Source: an uncultured Clostridia bacterium (GTDB taxonomy: Bacteria; Bacillota; Clostridia; Christensenellales; UBA1242). From it: a DNA stretch of 64,000 nucleotides. The position numbers and the translations under genes are program-made. Of the stretch, positions 33,451-41,732 are shown one piece after another (the first letter of the stretch is position 1; each line of letters begins with the position of its first letter). The DNA is taken from positions 7,653 to 71,652 of the forward strand of contig CAKVFI010000001.1 in NCBI GenBank assembly GCA_934746715.1, in the 5' to 3' direction. The notes beneath the pieces were generated by a model. The model had not been told where the DNA came from and did not search any database. It saw only the letters and a program-made list of their open reading frames with translations.

Positions 33451-33642
33451 TTATTTACTTTCTTTCTTTTCAACTGAAACTGCTTGTTCGCCGTCATAAT
33501 AACCACAATTTTTGCAAACTTGGTGAGCCACTTTCTTTTCGTGGCAGTGTGGACATTCAACTAATGTTGGAACTGCAGCTTTCCAGTTAGCGCGACGTTT
33601 ATCTCTACGTGCTTTTGAAACTTTTCCCTTTGGAACAGCCAT
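33451..33642 (-). CDS. rpmF: 50S ribosomal protein L32
   Basis: '[18 protein letters not shown]' plus the zinc ribbon 'CPHC..CKNCG'. Confidence 0.9.
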   Translation of the reverse strand: MAVPKGKVSKARRDKRRANWKAAVPTLVECPHCHEKKVAHQVCKNCGYYDGEQAVSVEKKESK

Positions 33643-33700
33643 TTTTTACCTCCATAAATATTCGTGCAACAAAATATTGCACTCGACACAATACAAATTT

Positions 33701-33729
33701 ATTATATCAAATGCAAAAGTGTTTGTCAA
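33701..33729 (-). promoter_or_regulatory. consensus sigma-A promoter for rpmF
   Basis: Minus strand: TTGACA (33729..33724), 17-nt spacer, TG-a-TATAAT (33706..33701). Confidence 0.7.
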
Positions 33730-33780
33730 TCGTTAACATTAATAAATTTTTAAAATATTTAATGAGTTTGTATTCCACAC

Positions 33781-33801
33781 AAAAAACGGCATTCAGCCGT
33801 T
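33781..33801 (-). terminator. terminator after ackA
   Basis: Minus strand: AACGGC-TGAAT-GCCGTT followed by TTTT. Confidence 0.5.
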
Positions 33802-33821
33802 TAATGTTTGTTTAATTTTTG

Positions 33822-35012
33822 TTATTTAGTCAATTCTGCAGTTTCCAAAGCAATCATATACTCTTCATCAGTTGGAATACGATAAATTTTAACTTTGCTT
33901 GTTGGAGCTGAAAGTTCAACGATTTGGTCAAATGGTTTGTTGAGTTTAACGTTCTTTTCTTCGTCCAATTTTAAACCAAGATATTCCATATCTTTGCAAA
34001 CTGCTGAACGAACTAGCTCGTCATGTTCACCAATGCCAGCTGTGAAAACAATTGCATCAACGCCATTCATTGCAGCTGCATATGAACCAATATATTTTTT
34101 GATTGAGTAGCACAAAGTGTCAAAAGCAAGTTTAACTTTTGGTTCATCAATATGCTCTTCAATATCACGCATATCACTGTAACCACACAAGCCATACAAA
34201 CCACTTTTTTTGTTGAATGTTGAAATAACTTCTTCTGCTGTTTGACCAGTTGCATTCATAACACCAGTTACAACGCTTGCATCAATATCTCCTGTACGTG
34301 TGCCCATAACTACACCAGCAAGAGGGGTGTAACCCATTGAAGTGTCAACACATTTGCCGTCTTTAATTGCACAAATGCTGCTGCCAGAGCCAAGGTGACA
34401 AGAAATGATTTTTTTGCCTTTAAGGTCGCCCAAGATTTCGGCGCACTTTCTTGCAATATATTTGTGGCTTGTGCCGTGTGCACCATAGCGACGAATGCTA
34501 TATTTCTCATAATATTCGTATGGCAAAGCATACATATATGCCTTATCTGGCATTGTCATGTGGAAAGCAGTGTCAAAAACTGTTACGTTTTTAACGCCTG
34601 GCATTAAATCCATACATGCTTGCAAGCCCGTGAGCGCACCTGGATTGTGCAAAGGTGCAAATTGAACACAAGTTTTCATATCTGCAAAAATTTCAGGTGT
34701 AACAACAATTGATTTGCAATATTTTTCACCCATATTAACCACGCGATGACCAATAGCCTTGATTTCGTTCAAACTAGAAATAACACCATATTCTTTGCTT
34801 GTTAATGTGTTAAAGAATAATTGAAATGCTTGTTTATGCGTTGGCATTGGTGCATTGAGAACAACCTTTTTGCCTGCCCATTTGTAAGTCATAAAAGAGC
34901 CATCCAAGCCAACACGCTCACAATAAGCGTTGGCAAACACGCTGCCATCTTCAGTTTCCATAAGTTGAGCTTTTAAACTGCTGCTGCCAGCATTAACTAC
35001 TAAAACTTTCAT
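33822..35012 (-). CDS. ackA: acetate kinase
   Basis: 'MKVLVVNAGSSSLK', 'GHRVV', 'DTAFH', 'CHLGSGSS'. Confidence 0.95.
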   Translation of the reverse strand: MKVLVVNAGSSSLKAQLMETEDGSVFANAYCERVGLDGSFMTYKWAGKKVVLNAPMPTHKQAFQLFFNTLTSKEYGVISSLNEIKAIGHRVVNMGEKYCKSIVVTPEIFADMKTCVQFAPLHNPGALTGLQACMDLMPGVKNVTVFDTAFHMTMPDKAYMYALPYEYYEKYSIRRYGAHGTSHKYIARKCAEILGDLKGKKIISCHLGSGSSICAIKDGKCVDTSMGYTPLAGVVMGTRTGDIDASVVTGVMNATGQTAEEVISTFNKKSGLYGLCGYSDMRDIEEHIDEPKVKLAFDTLCYSIKKYIGSYAAAMNGVDAIVFTAGIGEHDELVRSAVCKDMEYLGLKLDEEKNVKLNKPFDQIVELSAPTSKVKIYRIPTDEEYMIALETAELTK

Positions 35013-35102
35013 AAAAAATTCCTTTTAACTAAAAAAATTGTATTTTTCAACCAAATATATGTTAACACAATTTAATGATTTTGCCAACAAATTTTAAGCA
35101 AT

Positions 35103-36065
35103 TTAAATTTTTGTTTGCAATTTTGTTATTATAACTGTTTCAACAATCTCCGCCACCGTTGAGCCACGGCTTAAATCGTTAACAGGTTTGTTGAAATTGA
35201 GCATAATTGGACCAACAGCCTTGTATTGCCCCAACGCAACTGTCAATTTGTAAGCAATGTTGCCGGCGTTAAGGTCTGGATATATAAGCACATTTGCGTT
35301 TCCGCCCACAGGGCTGTTTACACCTTTATGTTTTGCTGTGTCCGCATTTAAGGCGCTGTCTGCCTGCATTTCACCATCAATCAAAAAGTTGCTGTTTTGT
35401 TTTGCAATTTTTGTGGCAAGGCTAACTTTTTCAACCATTTCGTGGCTTGCACTGCCCAAAGTGGAATAAGAAAGTAGTGCAATTTTTGGCTCTACCCCAA
35501 CAATATTTTGCATAAACTCTGCATTTGAAATTGCAATTTGAGCCAAAGTTTGACTATCTGGATTTTCAATTAACGACACATCGCCATAAAGCAAAGGAGT
35601 GCAACCATTTTTAAGCATAAGTGTGCTGCCAGTAACAATTTTTTTGTTTGGCTGCGCTTTAACAATTTGCAAAGCTGGGCGCAAAACATCTGCGGTTGTG
35701 TTTGATGCTCCCGCCACCACACCATCAGCCATATTATTAACAAGCATCATCATGGCAAAATACAATGGTTTTTTAACCAAATTTGTGGCTTGACGTTTTG
35801 TTAAGCCTTTGCTCTGTCTCAATTCAAACAATTGATTTGCAAAATCAGTTTTGTTGTAAGCATCAATATCTATTATTTGGCAATTTGATGTTTTAAAAGA
35901 TTTGTCAAACTGCTGACTTTTGCCAAACACAACAATTTTGCAAAGTTTTTGCTTTAATATAATTTTGCACGCATCGTAAACACGTTTGTCTACATTTGCT
36001 TCTGGCAAAATGATTGTTGCATTAATTTTTTTTGCTTTTTGTTTTAGTTGATTTAATATTTTCAT
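35103..36065 (-). CDS. pta: phosphate acetyltransferase
   Basis: PTA_PTB domain: 'IILPEANVDKRV', 'DGEMQADSAL', 'NVLIYPDLNAGNIAYK'. Start is ATG 36065 (AGGAA RBS) or 36077. Confidence 0.9.
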   Translation of the reverse strand: MKILNQLKQKAKKINATIILPEANVDKRVYDACKIILKQKLCKIVVFGKSQQFDKSFKTSNCQIIDIDAYNKTDFANQLFELRQSKGLTKRQATNLVKKPLYFAMMMLVNNMADGVVAGASNTTADVLRPALQIVKAQPNKKIVTGSTLMLKNGCTPLLYGDVSLIENPDSQTLAQIAISNAEFMQNIVGVEPKIALLSYSTLGSASHEMVEKVSLATKIAKQNSNFLIDGEMQADSALNADTAKHKGVNSPVGGNANVLIYPDLNAGNIAYKLTVALGQYKAVGPIMLNFNKPVNDLSRGSTVAEIVETVIITKLQTKI

Positions 36066-36858
36066 TTGATTCCTCATTTAACAGCATTTTAATTTGCTCT
36101 ATGCTTTTTAATGTTTGTGCTTCGCCATACCCAACCGACAAATTAACTTTTTTTAATTTGAAGTCCAATTGACTAATGTCTGGTTGAGAAATAACGATTC
36201 TAACTTGTGCATAGCGCTTTTTTAACTTTACAACATTTTGAGTTAAAATTGTGGATGCATTAAGCACATTTTCTATTGTGTCAAATTTTAAATCTTCCGT
36301 TTGGTCGGCATAATTGCCAATAACATCAACCGCCACAATCACAGCGTCTGGCATAAGATTGAAAGCAACATCTTCTGCCAGATTGTTGCACAGCCCACCA
36401 TCAACATAACCTTTGCCATCAATTTGTTTAACCTTAAACACTCCGGGGATTGAAATGCTTGCGCGAATATTATCACGTAACAAGCCTGTTTTTAAGTGAG
36501 TTTCTTTGCCTGTTTTCAATTCGGTAGCAACAGCCACAAATGGAATTTTGCAGTTTTCTTGTTTAAAATCGCCAAGTTGTTGCATCAAAACTTTGTCAAC
36601 TTTGCGGGTGTTTAACAAATGTCCGCGAAAAAGCGTGCCAGAAAGCGAAAAATTGCCCAAACTGTTAAAATCTTGTGCAACTTTAATAAGTTCATCACAT
36701 GATTTGCCGCTTGCATACATTCCGCCAACCAACGCCCCCATTGAAGTGCCAACAATAAGATCTGGTTTGATGTTGTTTTGTCCCAAAACCTTTAAAACGC
36801 CAATGTGTGCATAGCCCTTTGCTGCACCGCCACTTAAAACCAATGCTAATTTTTTCAC
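36022..36858 (-). CDS. patatin-like phospholipase
   Basis: Oxyanion 'GGAAKGYAHIG', nucleophile 'GTSMG' (GXSXG), and 'DGG' Asp. Confidence 0.85.
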   Translation of the reverse strand: MKKLALVLSGGAAKGYAHIGVLKVLGQNNIKPDLIVGTSMGALVGGMYASGKSCDELIKVAQDFNSLGNFSLSGTLFRGHLLNTRKVDKVLMQQLGDFKQENCKIPFVAVATELKTGKETHLKTGLLRDNIRASISIPGVFKVKQIDGKGYVDGGLCNNLAEDVAFNLMPDAVIVAVDVIGNYADQTEDLKFDTIENVLNASTILTQNVVKLKKRYAQVRIVISQPDISQLDFKLKKVNLSVGYGEAQTLKSIEQIKMLLNEESNENIKSTKTKSKKN

Positions 36859-36906
36859 GTTACCCCTTAAAAAACATTTTTTGCAAATGCTTAAAATTTA
36901 TATTCT

Positions 36907-37968
36907 TTGAATATATTATATATGTTTAAAAATTTAAAAGCAAACAAAATGTTAAACAGTTTTTTAACCAAAACAAAAACAAACACAAAAATTGAAAGAT
37001 TAAAAAGTTTAAATATTTTCAAAAAATTTGCAACTTTCTTGCTGCTCGTTGTTTGTGTGATTTTGATTTTAAACCCAAAAATTTACGCGGCAAGTTGCCT
37101 AAATGCAATTTCTGTTTGGGCTGTTAAAGTTTTGCCTGCACTTTTTCCATTTTTTATCTTTTCCAAAATTATTGTTGGCTTGATTGAACCAAAACAAACA
37201 AAATTGGACAAACTTTTTGCAAAAATTTATCACACACCTGCCACAAGTTCTAGTGTGTATCTGTTGTCCATTTTGTCTGGCTATCCAATGGGTGCAAAAC
37301 TGATTTGCAACATGTTTGAGCGCGGTGTTTACACTCGCGAAGACGCAAAAAAAATGCTGGCTTTTTGCTCTGTTAGTGGCCCAATGTTTATGATTGGAAC
37401 GGTTGGTGTTGCCATTTTTGGCTCATTTAAAGGTGGAGTGATTATCCTTATTGCAAACATTGTTGCAAGCTTGATTAATGGGCTGATTTTTCGTGGCAAA
37501 AAAACAGAGTTTGCTGCCCCTCAACTGGAAAAAAAACAGCATGAACATTCTTCAATCCTAGCTGACAGTGTTTATGATGCTTTAATTTCAATTTTGCTTG
37601 TTGGCTCTTTTATGGTGCTTGCTTTTTTGATTGTTGATATTTTGAAAAACACTAAAATTTTGGCATTTGTTGCAAATTTGCTGTGCAAACCTTTTGGTTT
37701 TAAACACGAAAGTGTGCAAGCAGTTCTGGCTGGTTTGGTTGAAATAACAAGGGGAATTATTGACTTAAATTTGGTTGATTGTTCTCTGCAAATTAAAGTA
37801 ATTTTGGCATCTGGGCTAATTGGTTTTGGTGGAATTTGCATAATGCTGCAATCAATCACATTTTTGAAAAAATTAAACATTAAATTTGGCTTTGTTTTGC
37901 TTCAAAAATTTGTGCAAGGAGTGCTTGCCTCTATAATTGCCATTCCATTATCTTTTTGCGTATTTTAA
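36907..37968 (+). CDS. ylbJ: YlbJ-like sporulation integral membrane protein (nucleoside-recognition/Gate domain)
   Basis: Polytopic. 'AISVWAVKVLPALFPFFIFSKIIVG', 'LSGYPMGAKL', 'FCSVSGPMFMIG' resemble YlbJ. Start is uncertain (TTG 36907, ATG 36922 or ATG 36949). Confidence 0.65.
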   Translation: MNILYMFKNLKANKMLNSFLTKTKTNTKIERLKSLNIFKKFATFLLLVVCVILILNPKIYAASCLNAISVWAVKVLPALFPFFIFSKIIVGLIEPKQTKLDKLFAKIYHTPATSSSVYLLSILSGYPMGAKLICNMFERGVYTREDAKKMLAFCSVSGPMFMIGTVGVAIFGSFKGGVIILIANIVASLINGLIFRGKKTEFAAPQLEKKQHEHSSILADSVYDALISILLVGSFMVLAFLIVDILKNTKILAFVANLLCKPFGFKHESVQAVLAGLVEITRGIIDLNLVDCSLQIKVILASGLIGFGGICIMLQSITFLKKLNIKFGFVLLQKFVQGVLASIIAIPLSFCVF

Positions 37969-38021
37969 TAATTTTGATTTATTTCGTTGACAATATTTTT
38001 TTAATTTTTTATCATATTTAT

Positions 38022-38561
38022 ATGAATTTTAAAAAATTGGAATATTTGGGCAAAGATGTGCCTACATTAAAAAAGGATTTAAGGTTACGCATAACTTTTG
38101 CAGTGCTTTTTATTGTTGCATTTATTTGGCAAATTGTGATGTTGCTCACAACCGCAGAATTTTCAACAACCATGCTTGTGGTTTCTGCCATAACAATGAT
38201 TTTTAGTGTAGTGTTTGGTTTTACATCAATTTTATATGCTATCAAAGATTTGAAAATTTTGGACAAAATCAAAATTAGAGGTAAATCAATCAGCAGTGTT
38301 AATTTTGTTTTTAACATTGACAAACGAAGTTTTGTTAGGCTTTATAGCTTAATCACAAGTGTGCTTGCCTTGATTGCCCTACTTTTGCTTGTTTCATGCT
38401 TAACTTATTCCATTTTGTCGTTGATTTATTACAACACAATTTCATTTTACTTGCCTGCAATTTTGGCATTTGTTGCATGGTGCTTTAACAGTGCATGGCA
38501 TCTTAAAAATGAGATTTACACATCTCAAAATGTAAACAAGTTTAATAGCATGTTTTATTAA
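38022..38561 (+). CDS. hypothetical membrane protein (4 TM)
   Basis: ORF 37956..38561. Start set to ATG 38022 ('MNFKKLEYLGKD'), downstream of the ylbJ stop. Confidence 0.55.
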   Translation: MNFKKLEYLGKDVPTLKKDLRLRITFAVLFIVAFIWQIVMLLTTAEFSTTMLVVSAITMIFSVVFGFTSILYAIKDLKILDKIKIRGKSISSVNFVFNIDKRSFVRLYSLITSVLALIALLLLVSCLTYSILSLIYYNTISFYLPAILAFVAWCFNSAWHLKNEIYTSQNVNKFNSMFY

Positions 38562-38648
38562 AAACTCGTTTAAAAAATTTAAACAAATATTATAAATAAA
38601 ATAAAAAAAAGCAGTGATAATCACTGCTTTTTTGTTTGATTTTGCTTT

Positions 38649-39185
38649 TTAAACATCAATTATTTTGCTGTAAACATATTCATAAACATTTGCTGCCAAC
38701 TCCCTCCACCTTTTGCACGCTGTTGTTGCATTGTGGCGAGTGTCTGATTTGATTGAAAGTGAAAAAATTGACTCTGTTGTAAGCGGTTCAAGGATTTTAA
38801 GGTCGACTGTGTAACTTCCATCTTCGTTTTTATAGCACTTTGCAATATATTCTTGGTTGCGTTTAAATTGAAGTTTGTTTTCGTCCGCAAACTTGTCAAT
38901 TTGGCTGCGCAAACTTGCAGGAATGCGTGTGTAAAATTGAGCAAGACAATCACGGCCAGCAACGGTTATGTTGTAACGGCTTTCATCATTTTCCGTGTTT
39001 GGTTTGTAAACAAACTTGGAAGTGATAAGTTGCCCCAACAAATCTTTGCAATCCATCCAATTAACCCAATTGTTTTGGCTGGAACAAATTTCCAAAATAG
39101 AATTTTCTGTTAACGGAATTTCCATTTTATCCAAAACATAAAGTAATATTAATTTGTTAATGGTGTTGTCTGGTACAAAATCCAT
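38649..39185 (-). CDS. DUF4364 family protein (PadR-like winged helix, Clostridia-type)
   Basis: 'NKLILLYVLDKMEIPLTENSILEI' N-terminus, with length and architecture typical of DUF4364. Confidence 0.7.
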   Translation of the reverse strand: MDFVPDNTINKLILLYVLDKMEIPLTENSILEICSSQNNWVNWMDCKDLLGQLITSKFVYKPNTENDESRYNITVAGRDCLAQFYTRIPASLRSQIDKFADENKLQFKRNQEYIAKCYKNEDGSYTVDLKILEPLTTESIFSLSIKSDTRHNATTACKRWRELAANVYEYVYSKIIDV

Positions 39186-39305
39186 AAAGTCCTCTTAATA
39201 AAAATCAAATTTTTCCACAAAAAAGTTTTTAAGGAAATATCTTTCAGTTTAGATTATACAATATTCAACATAAAAAGACAACTTTTTAAAACCATAATTA
39301 ATTTG

Positions 39306-39348
39306 TTGCATTGAATATTTTTTTTGTGATATACTTTGATTAATCAAA
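39306..39348 (+). promoter_or_regulatory. extended -10 promoter with a 14-nt perfect palindrome at the TSS
   Basis: TTGCAT (39306-39311), 18-nt spacer, TG-a-TATACT (39330-39335). This is followed directly by TTTGATTAATCAAA (39335-39348). Confidence 0.5.
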
Positions 39349-39382
39349 ATATAACAAAAATTTGTATTTTGTTGGAGAAAAT

Positions 39383-40090
39383 ATGAGTGAAAATGTTTAT
39401 GATTTAAACGCTTTAAACACCGCGTGTGATGAATTTGTTGCTGGCAAATATATTTTGGCAGACATCAAAATTGCTTCTATTTTGAAAATAATCGATGCAG
39501 ATGAAAAAGTTAAAAATATTGTTGCTTCAACCTTAAATAGGTTTGATTTTGTTAGTTGCCTTAAACAAGCAACAACAGAAAATGCAGACGAAACTTACAC
39601 TTTCACCTTGCCAAAAGATGAAAAGGATATTATTGCCTTTGTTTACAGTTTGCTTTTCCGCTTTAACAGCAAAGAAATCAGTTTTTATGACTTTTTGAAC
39701 AAATATTTTAAAACCGACGACGCTTTGGGACAAGAATTTAAAGCTTTTGCAGACAATATTATTTTGCCATTTAAAGCGGCAATAAATTCTGTCTACGCAA
39801 AACGCCACATCATTGTTGATGCAAATGACTATCAAAAAAATTATTACAACAAAATCATAACAACCATTCGTTTGATTGTTTCAAACATCGATAGTTTTAA
39901 GTTGAAAATGAATGAAAAAGAAGAATTTACTATGCTTTTAAATTCTCTTTACATTGCCAGTGAACAAGCAGACAAAAAGCTGGTGTTTTCACTTATGATT
40001 GCGCTGGACTATTTCTCTCGCTTTAACAAACGCACAAGGAATGCATATTATTCTCTTGAAGAGTGTTTCACTCGCGAAAGCAACATGTAG
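39383..40090 (+). CDS. hypothetical 235-aa protein (orphan)
   Basis: ORF 39362..40090. ATG 39383 behind GGAGAAAAT. No recognisable motif. Its stop is 6 nt from the ASCH gene start. Confidence 0.65.
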   Translation: MSENVYDLNALNTACDEFVAGKYILADIKIASILKIIDADEKVKNIVASTLNRFDFVSCLKQATTENADETYTFTLPKDEKDIIAFVYSLLFRFNSKEISFYDFLNKYFKTDDALGQEFKAFADNIILPFKAAINSVYAKRHIIVDANDYQKNYYNKIITTIRLIVSNIDSFKLKMNEKEEFTMLLNSLYIASEQADKKLVFSLMIALDYFSRFNKRTRNAYYSLEECFTRESNM

Positions 40091-40096
40091 GTGAAT

Positions 40097-40441
40097 ATGA
40101 CACATACAATGAATTTGCAAACAATTTACTTTGAAAAAATTAAAAATGGCACAAAGATTTTTGAAATTAGGTTAAATGATGAAAAACGCCAAAAAATTAA
40201 AATTGGTGATTGTATTATTTTTGCAAACCTAGCCGACAATAGCCAAACATTTGAAGTTGTTGTTGAAGATTTGTTGCACTTTAATTCATTCAAACAAATG
40301 GCAAGCAGTTTGCCATTGAAGCAAGTTGGCTTTGATGGTTTGACTGTAAGCGAAGTTGAAAAAATTTATCATGAGTTCTACTCCACTGAAAATGAAAAAC
40401 AATATGGTGTGTTGGCAATAAAAGTAAAAACTAATTGCTAA
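40097..40441 (+). CDS. ASCH domain-containing protein
   Basis: 'LQTIYFEKIKNGTKIFEIRLNDEKRQKIKIGDCIIF' has the ASCH/PUA-like beta-barrel pattern. ATG 40097 behind AGGTG; GTG 40091 is possible. Confidence 0.7.
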   Translation: MTHTMNLQTIYFEKIKNGTKIFEIRLNDEKRQKIKIGDCIIFANLADNSQTFEVVVEDLLHFNSFKQMASSLPLKQVGFDGLTVSEVEKIYHEFYSTENEKQYGVLAIKVKTNC

Positions 40442-40492
40442 TATTTTTTTGTTTTAAAATAAAATAAACAATTATTAAATTATGTAATATTA

Positions 40493-40840
40493 TTAATAAA
40501 TTGAATCAATTTTACTATAATCAATTATTCCATTATTAATTGCATTATTTTCTATAAGAAATTCATATTTTTTTAATGTTTTTAAAGCCAATTCTTTTAC
40601 TTGCACCCCAGTCAAGCCAATTTTATTTGTCGCCAATCTTTTTTCATCCATTTCAACAACTTTTTGTAACCAAAATAAGTGGTATTTTGTTGTTTGCCAA
40701 TACAAAGCACATCGGTTAAACTTTCTCCAATTATTATGAGTTCTATCAACCAAGTAAAAATATGAAAATGATGTAAACCATGATGCCCCTAATTTTGTTA
40801 AATATTCCCCACCATCAAAATTAAAATCATGACTATTCAT
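40493..40840 (-). CDS. hypothetical 115-aa protein (orphan) downstream of the ARH gene
   Basis: ORF 40493..40966, trimmed to ATG 40840 (AAGGAGAAAG upstream, 2 nt after the ARH stop). W/F/Y-rich and AT-rich. Confidence 0.55.
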   Translation of the reverse strand: MNSHDFNFDGGEYLTKLGASWFTSFSYFYLVDRTHNNWRKFNRCALYWQTTKYHLFWLQKVVEMDEKRLATNKIGLTGVQVKELALKTLKKYEFLIENNAINNGIIDYSKIDSIY

Positions 40841-40842
40841 AT

Positions 40843-41691
40843 TTAATCTTTCTCCTTTATTTTTTTTAAAACATCTAAAAATTCGTTTGGCAAAAATTCC
40901 AAACCTTTTTTTTCTATTTCTTTTGGTACACCATAATATGCCGCGGCAATTCCGCCAGCAATACACGCCATTGTGTCGGCATCACCGCCCATTGAAATTG
41001 CTGTTTTTAAGCAGTCCTCATAATTATTTGAAATTAAAAATGCAAAGATTGATTGTGGTACTGATTCTTGGCAATTTTCAATATGTTTATAATTTTTTAC
41101 CAAATTGTCATAACTAAAATCTAATTTATAATAATTATCTTCAACATATTTTTTTATATCATCTTTGTTATAACCATTTAATGCTAACCAAATGCAAACT
41201 GCTGTGGCTTCTGCCCCTTTTATACCTTCTGGATGATTGTGTGTTACTTCTGTAACCATTTTTGACAACATTTTAACATCGTCAATGTTTTTTGCAAAAT
41301 ATGGAACAGCACTAATTCTCATTGCACTGCCATTTCCAAAAGAATTGTATGGTTCACTGGTTGATTTCATTAACCAACCAATAAATTTTGAGCCATAACC
41401 AGCCAAAGGGTATTTTTTACCAAAATACTTCATATTTTTTACTGTCAATTCTTTTAAATTTTTATAATTGCCATTTGCTTCCAACAATGCATTGGCGATT
41501 GCTATTGTCATTACTGTGTCATCAGTAAAATGGCAAGTTGTTGAATATTCATAATATGTTTGATTTTTGTCAAGGCAATTTTCGCCTTTTAGCAATAATT
41601 CAAAATCCTTGCTTTTTATTGGTTTAAATTCAAATCTTGAACCTGCAATATCTCCAATAATAGAGCCTAAAACACTATTTTTTACCATCAT
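40843..41691 (-). CDS. ADP-ribosylglycohydrolase family protein
   Basis: 'VLGSIIGDIAGSRFEF' N-terminus and 'GGDADTMACIAGGIAAAYYG' C-terminal metal-site motif of the ARH/DraG fold. Confidence 0.85.
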   Translation of the reverse strand: MMVKNSVLGSIIGDIAGSRFEFKPIKSKDFELLLKGENCLDKNQTYYEYSTTCHFTDDTVMTIAIANALLEANGNYKNLKELTVKNMKYFGKKYPLAGYGSKFIGWLMKSTSEPYNSFGNGSAMRISAVPYFAKNIDDVKMLSKMVTEVTHNHPEGIKGAEATAVCIWLALNGYNKDDIKKYVEDNYYKLDFSYDNLVKNYKHIENCQESVPQSIFAFLISNNYEDCLKTAISMGGDADTMACIAGGIAAAYYGVPKEIEKKGLEFLPNEFLDVLKKIKEKD

Positions 41692-41732
41692 TTGATTAAT
41701 CCTTTTAAATTGAAATGATTTTTAATTAAATT

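Noticed and set aside
40841-40966. Upstream 42 codons of ORF 40493..40966 overlapping the ARH gene
   Set aside because: This part overlaps the ARH C-terminus in another frame and is Arg/Cys-rich. ATG 40840 has an AAGGAG RBS just after the ARH stop.
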